This document shows positions 1 to 12,113 of a stretch of 64,000 bases of DNA, in pieces. The position numbers and the translations under genes were made by a program. Position 1 is the stretch's first letter; each line of letters starts with the position of its first letter. Under the pieces are notes generated by a model. It had not been told where the DNA came from and did no database searches. It was given only the letters and a program-made list of their open reading frames with translations. Source of the stretch: Octopus sinensis (lineage: Eukaryota); NCBI RefSeq assembly GCF_006345805.1, contig NC_043023.1, positions 11,470,001 to 11,534,000 on the forward strand, given 5' to 3'.

Positions 1-59
1 TAAATGGATGACGGTGTTGATGTTGTAAGATTTGCAATGTTGAATTATTATGTCACTTA

Positions 60-485
60 ACTATTCTCTTTATCTCACTGCTTCTTTTTCTATTTCAGAA
101 TATCACATCATGTTGACGTAGAAGAAATTTCTTCATTCAGATGTACCTTTGATATTTTGATTGACTTTCATTAATTAAAGGAAGACCATGTATTCATAAG
201 GCACATTCATCAACGCATCAACCTCTTTATACAAATAAAATCTTCAATGAACGATGGGAAAATAATTCTTCTGGACAATGGAATTAACAGCAACATTTTT
301 GTTGTCTTCACTGTCTGGAATGTAGAGAAGATGATTGCTTTAAAGCTTAATTAAGCTTGCATAACTTTACAAAGGAGTTGATAGATTAGATATTAAGTAA
401 GATCCCAGATAAAAGAAACGGCATTGAATATAGTGACTCAACTGAACACAAACACATTCATATATATGGAAAAGACACTTTCATT
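60..485 (+). promoter_or_regulatory. 3' splice acceptor (CAG 96-98) and non-coding leader of exon 2, gene 1
   Basis: TTAAC branch-like motif, pyrimidine tract, then TTTCAG|AATATCAC. The same block precedes every ZNF ORF. Confidence 0.7.
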
Positions 486-494
486 GTGATATGT

Positions 495-1658
495 ATGATC
501 AATCATTCTCTCATGATGAATCATTTAACTAAAGCAAACAACCCTGATGTAGGAGAGAAACCATATCGCTGTAATATCTGTGGTAAATCATTCTCTCGAC
601 GTAGTCACCTTACTAGGCATAAACATATTCATACAGGAGAGAAACCCTATCATTGTGATATCTGTGGTGAATCATACTCTTATAATAGTCAGTTGATTAT
701 TCACAAACGTGTTCATACAGGAGAGAAGCCATATCATTGTGATATTTGTGGTAAATCCTTCTCTGGAAAGGGCGACTTGACTAAACACAAACGTGTTCAT
801 ACAGGAGAGAAGCCATTTCATTGTGACATTTGTGGTAAATCATTCTCTCGAAGTGGTGCCTTGCTTAAACACAAACGTACTCATACAGGAGAGAAGCCAT
901 ATCATTGTGATATCTGTGGTAAATCATTCTCCGAAAGGAATCATTTGACTCGCCACAAACGTATTCATACTGGAGAAAAGCCATATCATTGTGATATCTG
1001 TGGTAAATCATTCTCTCAAAGTGGGCATTTGACTAGACACAAATATACACATACAGGAGAAAAGCCATATGATTGTGATATTTGTGTTAAATTATTCAGT
1101 CAAAGGATTCCCTTGTCTGAACACAAACATATTCATACTGCAGAAAAACCATATGATTGTGATGTCTGTGCTAAATCATTCTCTAGAAGTGGGGACTTGA
1201 CTAAACACAAACGCATTCATACAGGAGAGAAGCCCTATCATTGTAATATCTGTGGTGAATCATTCTCTGAAAGCAGTACCTTGACTAAACACAAACGTAC
1301 ACATACAGGAGAAAAGCCATATCAGTGTGATATTTGTGGTAAATCGTTTTCTCGAAATAGCATTTTAACTTGTCACAAAAGTGTTCATACAGGAGAGAAT
1401 CCATACCCTTGTCATATCTGTGGTAAATCATTCTTTTATAAAAGTCACTTGACTACTCACATACGCATTCATACTGGGGAAAAACCATATCACTGTGATA
1501 TCTGTGGTAATACATTTTTTAGAAATAGCGATTTAACAAGTCACAAGCGTGTTCATACAGGAGAGAAGCCGTATCAGTGTGATGTCTGCGGTAAATCATT
1601 CTCTCAAAGTGGTACCTTAACTAAACACAAGTTGGTACATACAAGAGAGAAGCCATAA
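495..1658 (+). CDS. ZNF gene 1: poly-C2H2 zinc-finger protein, 13 fingers, intact ORF
   Basis: Repeated C-x2-C-x12-H-x3-H motifs with TGEKPY linkers. The ORF track starts at GTG 486; first ATG is 495, and the conserved M-N-x-L-T start is at 513/516. AATAAA at 1875-1880. Confidence 0.93.
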   Translation: MINHSLMMNHLTKANNPDVGEKPYRCNICGKSFSRRSHLTRHKHIHTGEKPYHCDICGESYSYNSQLIIHKRVHTGEKPYHCDICGKSFSGKGDLTKHKRVHTGEKPFHCDICGKSFSRSGALLKHKRTHTGEKPYHCDICGKSFSERNHLTRHKRIHTGEKPYHCDICGKSFSQSGHLTRHKYTHTGEKPYDCDICVKLFSQRIPLSEHKHIHTAEKPYDCDVCAKSFSRSGDLTKHKRIHTGEKPYHCNICGESFSESSTLTKHKRTHTGEKPYQCDICGKSFSRNSILTCHKSVHTGENPYPCHICGKSFFYKSHLTTHIRIHTGEKPYHCDICGNTFFRNSDLTSHKRVHTGEKPYQCDVCGKSFSQSGTLTKHKLVHTREKP

Positions 1659-3004
1659 CTTTCCAATCCCTGTGGTAATTATTTTTGGGAAATGGTGTTT
1701 CAACTATACATGAACATTTCCATACTCTACAGAAACAGTCGTTGTGATATCTCTGGAAAATCTTTCTCTCGTAGATCTATCGTATATTTCTGGTGTTTAA
1801 ATGACTGTGTACAAGATGATGCCTAAGATTTCCATTTAAAAAGTGTGTTTTGAGATATATTTGATGTATACCATAATAAATACATTATGTACAGAATGCG
1901 AGGGAATGCAACTCTCGAAGCAAGAGTGAGGTATTTATGTATAGGAATGCCCTTGATGTAAATAAATATATACACACCCATACACACAGACATATATATA
2001 TATATAATAACAATTTAAGAAATAAAACATATGCATACATACATACATATATGTACGTACCTACATCTATATGTATATATACATGCATATATATATATAT
2101 ATATGAGTACAGGACACCACAAATAAACGTAGAACACAACGAGAAACGAAAAAATAAAACCAAACAAGGAAACGGACTTTTTTTAACAGTGAAAAAACAG
2201 AGTACAAGACAAACAATACAAGGAATACTCCCCTTCATCAGCTGCTCCTGTTTCGACTCAATGCATGTTTCGAAGTTAAGGGCAGAACACGATCCGGCTG
2301 AAGCAGTCCTTCCTGCAAAATGAATTAAATAAAATTCTTTTGCAGAGGGGTAAAAAAAGGAAAGAAAAAAAGTGACAAGAACAGGGCGTAAAAGCAATAC
2401 AAAAAAAAATACAGAACACATAAAGAATAAAAACAGGACAAGGAAACCAGCATTGAGGGCTTACATATTATGTTTTTGGATTTGGTTTCAAAGATTCTTT
2501 ATATGAGTTCGTGTATTGAAGCATTTTCTGTTGTGTCTGAGGAGACATATAGCATATAGAGATGCACATCCATTCATACAAATATGGTACATAGTTGGAA
2601 AACACACACACAAGGTGACAGAGGTGCGTACATATAAGTTTTCATGGAAAGTAGCTTGATCGCCAAAAGCATGAGCTTCGTAGCTAAAGGGGTCGGGTGA
2701 CCTGTGCTTTCCCTAGTGACCCCTCAAACCTCTGCTTTTCTTGTGTTTCAGTAGCATTTTTAAATGTTTCGATCAATAAACTTTGTATGCAATAATTCTA
2801 AAGTCTTTGTTGTTTGAAAATTATCCAGTTCTTCACAAAAAGTGGCCAGGTAGGGTAAATTACCAACTATGAAACGTACCTGGCTGGTGTAAACACCATA
2901 GTGACATCACTTACGCATCAGTTATTTTACAGGAACTAACATGGTGTCAAGTAATCCATAATAACACCATTTACTTGGAATGGATTTACAAATTTACTTT
3001 ACTG

Positions 3005-3187
3005 TCATCATCATCATTTAACGTCCGTTACACTACACTTACAGAGTGGTTGGTGTTAGGAAGGGCATTCAGCCGTAGAAACATTGCCAGATCAGACTGG
3101 GCCTGGTGCAGCCTTCTGGCTTCCCAGACCCCAGTTGAACCGTCTGACCCATGCTAGCATGGAAAGCGGACGCTAAATGATGATGAT
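3005..3187 (+). mobile_element. 5'-truncated 3' tail of the RTE LINE, with a short inverted tail piece at its 5' end
   Basis: Matches 19690-19856 and ends in (GAT)n. 3005-3027 is the reverse complement of the tail. Confidence 0.8.
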
Positions 3188-3599
3188 AGCAAAGAATTTA
3201 GTAAAATAACTTAGTTATCATTAAGCTAGTGTTAGGAACATTAATTGTAACTAAGGTTTGGTGGAAGATTTTAATTCAAAACTTATGAAAACAAGACATT
3301 TGTATTACAGAGCCAGAGGTGGTTTCAGCCGGGTTGTATCAAAAGTGTTAAGAATTGTTTCTCTATTATATATTTTAACCCTTTCATTACTGTACTTATT
3401 TTGAGGTGCTCTGTGTTTCTTCCTATTACTTTAAATATAGCAAAGAATTTAGTAAAATAACTTCGTTATCATTAAGATAGTGTTAGGAACATAAATTGTA
3501 ACTAAGGTTTGGTGGAAGATTTTAATGCAAAACTTGTGAAAACAAAACATTTGTACTACAGAGCCATAGGCAGTTTCAGCCGGGTTGGTAACAAAAGGG
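3187..3599. mobile_element. piggyBac-type MITE: one partial copy and one complete copy (3379-3599)
   Basis: TTAA|CCCTTT...AAAGGG|TCAA termini. Related copies at 61646-61850 and 41005-41030. Confidence 0.6.
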
Positions 3600-3699
3600 T
3601 CAAAAAGCAATGGTAATGACACAACACAAGCAGAGCCCAGGTGATAGTATCACATAAAAAGAGCAGGTACTGGTATCATAAAATTCATTAGTGTTAGTC

Positions 3700-4102
3700 C
3701 CTTGTGAAAATCCATCCTCTCCTCATTGCGGTGGGGACGCTGGCAACGGGTAGTGTCAGAGCTATGCCGTCATGAACTTCGGTTCCTGGTAGGGCCGGCC
3801 ACCCAAGGCGGATTGGTCTGGCACCAAGTGGTATTAGGGCCACAACCCGGCAGACGGGGCTCTGGTGAAAATCCTCAAAGTGTCTGCTTCGGCAACTGGC
3901 GGCTCCTCAGTTGTTCTGTCCCTGCATCTGTGGACAATCTGCAGCAAATAGGATGTCTCCACGAAACTTCTTCCATGCTGGAACCTCGTGGAGCTTTAGG
4001 TGTTTTGGCTCAATAAACACTCACAACGCCCGGTCTGAGAATCGAAACTGTGATCCTACAACTGCAAGTCCGCTGCCCTAACCATTGAGCCATTGCACCT
4101 CC
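3700..4102 (-). mobile_element. tRNA-derived SINE (family B-like)
   Basis: Minus strand begins GGAGGTGCAATGGCTCAATGGTTAGGGC...GTTTCGATTCTC, with A/B-box-like motifs, next to (CA)n. Confidence 0.65.
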
Positions 4103-4194
4103 ACACACACACACACACACATATATATATACTTGTGGGCAATAAAGAAATAAGAATATACATGTGTATATATATATATATATACATACATATG

Positions 4195-4394
4195 CATATT
4201 CTTATTTCTTTATTGCCCACAGGGGGCTAAACAAGGACAGACAAAGGGATTAAGACGATTACATCAACCAAGTGCGTAACTGGTACTTTATTTATTGACT
4301 CCGAAAGGCAAAATTTGAACTCAGAGCATAATGGCAGACGAAATATCGCTAAGCATTCCGCCCGGCATGTGAACGTTTCTGCCATCTCGCCGCC
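4195..4394 (-). mobile_element. tRNA-derived SINE (family C)
   Basis: Minus strand reads GGCGGCGAGATGGCAGAAAC...CTGAGTTCAAAT. Related copies at 26615-26819, 26890-27175, 10900-11220, 33240-33300, 46495-46580 and 53990-54080. Confidence 0.7.
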
Positions 4395-4408
4395 TTGGTT
4401 CCTACTTT

Positions 4409-4811
4409 GGATCTTTTCGGTTTGAACGGCAGTTTTTTCTAGCGGTGTTATATGAAATTGTCACCCATAATTATGACCCTAGTATCGATCTATTGCATTT
4501 CAATCTATTTTAGGGTTAGGGGTGAGGGGAAGAGCATCTTTTTTTCTTCAGAAATGTAAATAAACCCAATCTGTTTCTTAAACGAGGGACATAGTCATAC
4601 GGCACAGAATGTTTTTTACCTCAATGGACATCACTGATTGGTTGAAATTGAAGAAAAAAAACAACAAATATCTTACAAACTATAGAATTTTGTCGATAAA
4701 GCCAAGAGAAAAAGATGTTTTATAAACACATTCTAGCAATATACGAAGTTTAAAAGTGTTTAGTTACGTGGAAATTATTTTTAAAAACTGCCGTTCAGAC
4801 CGGAAACACCC
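4409..4811 (+). mobile_element. MITE family 1 (GGATC TIR), complete copy
   Basis: TIR of about 29 bp, GGATCTTTTCGGTTTGAACGGCAGTTTTT, with a degenerate inverse at the right end. Internal TTAGGG motifs. No ORF. Confidence 0.8.
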
Positions 4812-5044
4812 AATATATGAGTACACTTTGTTCGAATAACTTGAAAAAACTTCCATGTGAAGTTATTGATGAAACGGGACAAATGTAGCCAGTCAGCAGA
4901 GCCATCAACTGGAGAATTCATAAAATACAATCGTTTAAAGGGAAATAACCTCTTCAACATTTGAACCGCGAAGCATCGAAAATATTAATCACGGTGATTA
5001 ATTAGCAGTTAATTAGTCATTGCTAATATCTGAATACGGTAAGT
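4812..5044 (+). promoter_or_regulatory. Putative non-coding exon 1 of gene 2, donor ACG|GTAAGT (intron starts 5039)
   Basis: Conserved block found co-oriented upstream of each ZNF gene. Predicted intron 5039-7489. Confidence 0.6.
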
Positions 5045-5529
5045 CGGCAAACATTGACGTTGATAATATTACTAATAACAATGTAAAATAATAGAATTAT
5101 GTGAACCTCTCGGTGTGACAGTGTTTCGAAGCAGAACCGTAACATTAGGAAAATATAATTTGCTCGTCTTAATTAATAATTTCCAAATCTTAATTAATAA
5201 TTTCCAAACTGAAATGTTGATCTGTTGTTTATGAAATCCTAAGACCGACGGTTACGTGTGATATAAAGCCAGTTATTTTATGAAAGGAGGGTAAAGCGGT
5301 GCAGTTAATTAGTAAAATGAGGGGAAATCGATTCAAGAATACCACATTAATTAATGAGACACATTAATTAACATTGTCCTGTTGTTAATTAGACACTGAT
5401 AAAACAGTAAGTGGAGACGGATTTGATCTTTGGTTATTTTAATTATAGGAATGATGATGGTATAACTACAGATTTCTGTCAAACTAAAGTCTTTGACCCA
5501 AGCAGAAAAGGAAAAAAAGAGAGGTAATG

Positions 5530-6560
5530 CAATAGGTGCAGAAAAAAAAAACGAATACGAAGGGGGGGGGGGGAATGCGCGCTGGTGAACGAGGGTCCGG
5601 GGAGAAGATTCGGAAAATTCACATCGTGAATGTTCCAAGTCTTCTCACCGATTCCCCGTTCGTCGGTGAAGTTTTTTTTTCTGTATATTTGTTTACTACA
5701 CATTATTTTACACTATTTTAGGCGTAACTTCGGTATACGGCCCGGAAATACCGGATACATTTCAAGAAAGTGTTTTTTTTATTATATATATATACGGGGG
5801 GTTAGGGTTAGGAGTGGGAGAAAAGTGTTTTTGTTATCTCCAGAAATGTAAAAAAAGCCACCGAAGGATTGCCCTATATTTTTTTTTTTCAATTTTTTGA
5901 CGGAGGTGGATGGTGTGCGGACTCGGATAATTCACGCGATCCAGCAACTCCACTTCGACACCCGGTCACAAAAATGAGGGAAAAATAGTGTAATAGGTGT
6001 AAAATAACGTGTAGTAAACGAATATGAAAAAAAATGCCCGCTGACGAACGGGGTGGAGGAGAGAACTTGGAAAATTCACATGGGGAATGTTCCAAGTTCT
6101 CTCACCAAATATTTGAACGGGTGTGGGTGGGGTTTGGACTCGGATAATTCGCGCATTTCAGTAACCCCACTTCGACACCCGGTCACAAAAAGGGAAAAAA
6201 AGTGTTAAATAACGTGTAATAAATGAATATGAAAAAAATATGCCTGCTGGGGAGAGGACTTGGAAAATTCACATCGAGAATGTTCGAAGTCCTCTCATCG
6301 ATTCGCCGTTTGTCGGCGAAAATTTTTTTCTTCATATTCGTTTACCATACATTATTTTACACCTAGTATACTATTTTTTTATGGGTGTGGGTGGGGTGCA
6401 GACTCGGAATATTTCACGTGATCCAGTAACTCCACTTCGTCACCCGGTCACAAAACTGAAAAAAAAAAAGAAAAAATAGTGTAATAGGTGTAAAATAACG
6501 TGTAGTAAACGAATATGAAAAAATAAATGGGTGCTGGCGACCGGGGGAGGGGCCAAAAAC
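5530..6560. repeat. Tandem array of 3-4 palindromic foldback units
   Basis: Hairpin centres near 5624, 6081 and 6274 (GGAAAATTCAC-loop-GxGAATGTTCC), flanked by inverted AT-rich arms. Confidence 0.65.
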
Positions 6561-7449
6561 CCGGACAACTCACACGATATTTTTCCCTAAAGAAAATGGA
6601 TATTCTTCCCAACCAGATGGTACTGGGTTCAGTCCCACTGCATGGCATCTTGGGCAAGTGAATTTTCTAAATCCTCAACCCCACCGTTTGCCAGAGAGCA
6701 TTTTTTGTTTTATATTCATTTTTTCTGCCCCCCCCCCCTCACGAATTTGGATGATCATAACTTGCAGAAAAATAGATATTTTTAAATGAAATTTTCTACG
6801 AAAATGTGTTATATCATGTAGATTCCGAATATATAATCTTTTTTTTTTTTTTGGTGCGGGGAAGAGTTTTAGGATGCTACATTGAGGCTAACTTTTTTGT
6901 GTAGCTTCGTTGGATTGCCTCAAGTTCTGAGATTAATATGACACTGATTGGTGACCATAGCTGAGAGCAATAGTCAAAGTGGCTTAGGACAAGTGTCCTC
7001 CAGAGGACCATCATGGTTTCCTAATCTCTTGTTCTAAAAGTTCTAAGAATCCATCCAGTCACTGCCAGTATTTCCTTGCCAATTTAGCAACATACACATT
7101 GAAGGATGCATTATTACTCATGTAAATGCCCAGGTCTTGCACTGACTGTGCCCCTGAAATTGCAAACCGAAAAGATCCTAAATTAGTTGTAAAGATTCAC
7201 AAATTGTTTGGTAAGTACCCTGCCAACTAAGCCATGCCACAGGTGAAACAAGTGAAAGCAAAGTAAAGAAAGAAAAAAAAGAGAAAACAGATAAATAATT
7301 AAAGAAATGTTGAAGCGATTCATCTATATACAGAATGTTTTAAATGTTTCAAAGCCTCAATGAATTCCGACCCAAGTGAGCATAGACATTAAATGGATGA
7401 CAGTGTTGATGTTGTAAGATTTGCAATGTTGAATTACTATGTCGTTTAA

Positions 7450-7677
7450 CAATTCTCTTTATCTCACTGCTTCTTTTTTTCTATTTCAGGATATCGCATC
7501 ATGTTGATGTTAAAGAAATTTCTTCATTCAGACATGCCTCTGGTATTTTTATTGACTACAGGAAGATGATATATTTATAAGGAGCATTCATCAATACATC
7601 AACCTCTTTATATAAAACATATTCATAGAAATTTAAAAGACACTTTCATTGTTGTATGTACGATAAATTATTCTCTC
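7450..7677 (+). promoter_or_regulatory. Splice acceptor (CAG 7487-7489) and shortened leader, gene 2
   Basis: Paralogous to 60-485 with an internal deletion. Confidence 0.65.
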
Positions 7678-8655
7678 ATGATGAGTCATATAACTAAAGG
7701 CAAAAACCCTGATAAAGTAGAGAAACCATATCAGTGTGATATCTGTGGTAAACCATTCTCTCAAAGTGGTCACTTGACTGTACACAAACGTACACATACA
7801 GGAGAGAAGCCATACCATTGTGATATCTGTGGTAAATCATTCTCTGAAAGCAGTACCTTGACTAAACACAAACGTACTCATACAGGGGAGAAGCCATATC
7901 ATTGCGATATTTGTGGTAAATCATTCTCTGAAAGTAAACATTTGACTCGTCACAAACATATTCATACAGGAGAAAAGCCACATCATTGTGATATCTGTGG
8001 TAAATCATTCTCTGAAAGTAGTAATTTGATTTGTCACAAACGTACACATACAGGTGAAAAGCCATATCATTGTGATATCTGTGGTAAATCCTTCGCTACA
8101 AATAATTATTTGACTTGTCACAAACATATACATACTGGAGAAAAGCCATATCATTGTGATATCTGTGATAAATCATTCTCTCGAAGTGGGGACTTGTCTA
8201 GACACAAACTTACACATACAGGTGAGAAGCCATACCATTGTGATATTTGTGGTAAATCATTCTCTTCTAGTAGCCATTTGATTCGTCACAAATGTATTCA
8301 TACTGGGGAGAAACCATTTCAGTGTGATATTTGTGGTAAATCGTTTTCTCGAAATAGCATTTTAACTTGTCACAAAAGTGTTCATACAGGAGAGAATCCA
8401 TACCCTTGTCATATCTGTGGTAAATCATTCTTTTATAATAGTCAGTTGACTTATCACTTACGTATTCACACTGAGGGAAAACCTCATCACTGTGATATCT
8501 GTGGTAAAACATTTTTTAGAAAAAGCGATTTAACTAGTCACAAACGTGTTCATACAGGAGAGAAGCCATTTGATTGTGATGTCTGTGGTAAATCATTCTC
8601 TCAAAGTGGTACCTTAACTAAACACAAGTTGGTACATACAAGAGAGAAGCCATAA
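7678..8655 (+). CDS. ZNF gene 2: poly-C2H2 protein, 11 fingers, intact ORF
   Basis: Canonical fingers and linkers. The last four fingers and the stop (HTREKP*) are paralogous to gene 1. Confidence 0.93.
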   Translation: MMSHITKGKNPDKVEKPYQCDICGKPFSQSGHLTVHKRTHTGEKPYHCDICGKSFSESSTLTKHKRTHTGEKPYHCDICGKSFSESKHLTRHKHIHTGEKPHHCDICGKSFSESSNLICHKRTHTGEKPYHCDICGKSFATNNYLTCHKHIHTGEKPYHCDICDKSFSRSGDLSRHKLTHTGEKPYHCDICGKSFSSSSHLIRHKCIHTGEKPFQCDICGKSFSRNSILTCHKSVHTGENPYPCHICGKSFFYNSQLTYHLRIHTEGKPHHCDICGKTFFRKSDLTSHKRVHTGEKPFDCDVCGKSFSQSGTLTKHKLVHTREKP

Positions 8656-8832
8656 CATTCCAATACTTGTGGTAATTATTTTTGGGGAAATGGTGTTTTA
8701 ACTATACTTCTCCTGACCCCAACTTCTTCTCTTTATTCCTACGTAATTTCTCTCTTCACTGACATCCCCCTCCACCTACAAAGACTTTCTCACTTTCCTG
8801 AGCATCAAACTAATACACCTGCTCATTGATTA

Positions 8833-9260
8833 TACACCTGTCATTTTTTTTTCTGTAAAGTTCAAGTAATTTTTATTGAACTTCTATTTCAGAAAATAAA
8901 AATGACAGCCCCTATTCTTACTAACGAAATGAAAAGGCATGCTGTGATTGTGGCTTTGATTGCTAATCATGGTGATTTAGAAATTTCTTGTTTTCTAAAA
9001 GTTGCAAGATCTTTCGTTCACAAGATTCGGTGTGAGTTAGAAAAAGAAGATGGAAATGTATCACCTGTCTCAGAACGTAAAAACATTCCAAGCGCTCTGA
9101 TTCTATCAGGACACCTGAATTTATTCAGGAAGTTAAGCAAAACATTAGAGACAATCCAGGAAAATCAATGAGGTCAATCGCAAAAAAATTTTGTGTGTCG
9201 GAAAAAACGATCAGAAATATTATGCATGAAGACATCAAATACAAATCTTGCAAGAAGGAA
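8833..9260 (+). mobile_element. Tc1/mariner-superfamily (maT/DD37D-like) transposase 5' fragment, frameshifted and truncated
   Basis: ORF 8902-9171 continues in a shifted frame as KHSKRSDSIRTPEFIQEVKQNIRDNPGKSMRSIAKKFCVSEKTIRNIMHEDIKYKS, typical of the second HTH of these transposases. No DDD region is present. Confidence 0.65.
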
Positions 9261-9299
9261 GAACAAAAAAAACTGATTTGTCAGATCCAAAAGACTTTT

Positions 9300-9830
9300 G
9301 AATATCTAAATAGATCAACACAACGATGGCTTTGATGGTGCTGGATTTTTGAGGAATTTGTTATGAGAGAATAAAGGAATGGGAATAAGGAATAAAAGTT
9401 TTAAGTGATATTGATTTTGTCTTTGTTGTGTTTTCATCATCAACATCATACATTACCATCCATTTTCTTTGCAGGCATGGATGGTAAAGTGTGACAGGTG
9501 TTGGCAAGCCAGAGTGCTTCTCCAGGTTACACTCAGATTTGGCTTGTTTTCTTTGGCTGTATGCCCTTAAGATACGAGGCATATTCTATTAATATGCCTG
9601 TTCAAGTATCGTAATAGCATGAAACTAGTAGTAGCCCTTTCAATTATGTATTTAATTTGATATATGTATGTATGTGTGTGAACATGATGTCGGTCTGATA
9701 ACTAAAATAAATGTATGCAAATCTTGGATTTCAAGCATATTTCTGAATGGGGCAGTAGCATAGACTCCCTTTTGCAGACAAAAAACCTTGAAACTTTTCA
9801 CATGTATGGAGCAAGATAAGAACTTGTCAA
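9300..9830 (+). other. Conserved ZNF 3' region (gene 2 copy)
   Basis: Paralogous to 15880-16100, 35280-35830 (rc) and 60160-60700. Confidence 0.7.
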
Positions 9831-10044
9831 CAAGTTCAAAAAGACCTTCCGGCGGTGTAGCTGTCACTTATAATCCCACTTGCGCTTATTTACGTTTCTG
9901 AAGAAAAAAAAAACCCTTCGCCCCACACCTAACCCAAACTCTAACTCTAACCCCACAATCTTTTATTCATACGAACGTGACTGATATGAAATGACAAACG
10001 AAATGGAGACCGCAGGAAGTTGTTGGCAAACAACAGCAGAATTT

Positions 10045-10254
10045 GTATTCACCTCAATAGACGTCATTGATTGGTTGAAATTGCCGAAATGCAAGAAATT
10101 TGTCAACAAATAGCTTATAAACTACAGAATTTTTCTCAAGAAAGCCAAGAGAAAAAGATGTTTTATGTAACACATTCTACCAGTATACGAAGTTTAAAAG
10201 TGTTTATTTACAAAGAAATTATTTTAAAAATCTGCCGGTCAAAGTGAAAAGGTA
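10045..10254 (+). mobile_element. MITE family 1, right-hand part
   Basis: Matches 4610-4811. Confidence 0.7.
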
Positions 10255-10269
10255 CCAGGCTTGTTTTCG

Positions 10270-10502
10270 AGGCTACAGCTCCCTATAAAAACTCAGCTTT
10301 TCTGGTGAAAATTTGAAAACTCTTCAAGATGATGTTCACACGATAGGACAGTAGAGTCATCTGTTGGAGAATAAAAGAAATACAACCAGATAAAGGGAAA
10401 TAACTTCTACTACACTCCAAACCACGTGGTCTCTGTAAATTATTAATTAAGGTGCTTAATTACTGATCACTGATTCGTTGTTTATATCTGAATACGGTAA
10501 GT
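10270..10502 (+). promoter_or_regulatory. Putative exon 1 of gene 3, donor ACG|GTAAGT (intron starts 10497)
   Basis: Paralog of 4812-5044. Predicted intron 10497-14076. Confidence 0.6.
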
Positions 10503-11747
10503 TGTCAAAGATTTACTTTAAGGCTGTAATGGTGATAATACTAGTACTAATAATAATGTAATAATAGGATTATGTGAACCTCTTGTTCGTAAAGTAATTA
10601 TTTCGAAGCTGAAACTTAACAAAATTAGGAAAATATATTTGCTCGTCTTAATTAATAATTTCCAAACTGAAATGTTGATCTGTTGTTTAGGAAAGCCTAC
10701 AATCGACTGTTACATGTGATATAAAGGAAATTAACGGGTAAAATGGAAGTAATATGGCATATTTAATTAGTAAAATTAGAGGAAGAATACCACATTAATT
10801 AATGCTGTCCTGTTGTTTATGAGGCATTGATAATAGGATTTACTTCAATGTTATATTAATAATAGTGATGATGATGATGGTTTCAAATTTTGGCCCAAGG
10901 CCAGCAATCTTTCGTGCGAGTGAGGGGAGTAGAATACATGGGACTTAGTATTTCCCGAAAGGGATGAAGGCAAAGCCGACCTCGGCCGTATTTAAACTCA
11001 GGACTTTCCGCCGAAGTCGACATTTCACTTAAATTCGTTTCTGAGTCCATAAATAACAATGAAGATAATGATAAGGGCCTGTAATTTGGAGGGGAGACGT
11101 AATTCTATTGCTTGGACCCTAGTTCTTTTTATTGCTTTTGATTTCATTGACCTCGAAAGGATGACAGGCAAAGTGAACCTCGGTGGAATTTGAACTTTCA
11201 GAGTAAAGACGGACGAGTGTTACATATGATATGAAGTAAATTGATAAAAGATTTGGTAGATTAACGGTAATTCAGAATTGGTAGATGTTCCTTACATTTA
11301 ATTACTGCATAATGAGAGAAAAGGTGCCTAATTAATTTTGATAAAATAACTAAAAATCTGTGGCGTATAAGTACATAAACGTGCCCCGCTGACTTTGTTT
11401 TCTTCTCACTTGCTGAAAAATCGTTTTTTGTTTTTTCTAATGGAATCTCCTATGACTATATTTTAGAAGATGACAGTTTTAATACTTTTCAGACGGTGTA
11501 GTTTGTGATTATATCAGAATTTGTTGTGGAAACCATTGTTCTGAGCCAGTTTAATGAAGGAGAGTTTCACATGATTCAAAAGCCTCAGTTTTGTTTCCTC
11601 AATCACCAACATCGGATTTCAAGCAGTGAGTGAGGGGTGGGCGGAAAAACACACATTGATATATATGTGTATATGTATATAGGATCGGCTTTTTTTCAAA
11701 TTCCATTTACCAAATCCACTCACAAGACTTTGGTCAGCCCAAGCGTG

Positions 11748-12113
11748 GGTACTACTTGAGAACAGTGGTCCCGGTGCGCGTACTCGCGCATCCGCGCCAG
11801 CTAGTCGATCCTTACTTTGTGTTTTTGTGTTATTTACATTGTTTAAGGCGACCCTTCGGTATAGGTACACACGCGACTTTGTTTACATTTCTGAAGATAA
11901 CAGAAACCCTTTTCTCCGAACCCTAACCCTAACCTCTCATATATATAAAAGAAAAAAAAACTTTCTTCAAATGTATCCAGTACTTATACCGAAGTTACGC
12001 TAAAAATTATTTACTTTGCTAGGTAGTCGTAGGATCGACTACTTACAACTAGCTAGCGCAGATACGCGACTGCGAGTGTGCGTGAAACGGGACCACTGTT
12101 TGCTAGGAGTACC
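11748..12113. mobile_element. MITE family 2 (GGTACT...AGTACC long TIRs), inserted in a SINE
   Basis: Direct repeat CCAAGCGTG at 11739-11747 and 12114-12122 (TSD, 9 or 8 bp). Long imperfect TIRs. Internal CCCTAA repeats. Confidence 0.85.

Noticed and set aside
2225-2320. Possible hammerhead ribozyme or Penelope-like terminus (CTGATGA and CGAAAC...GTC on the minus strand)
   Set aside because: The core motifs are in an order needing a stem I hairpin and a stem II pair that I could not form. An Infernal search with hammerhead models would settle it.
1885-2421. 178-aa and 128-aa ORFs downstream of gene 1
   Set aside because: Low-complexity TA/CA and A-rich sequence with no domain signal.
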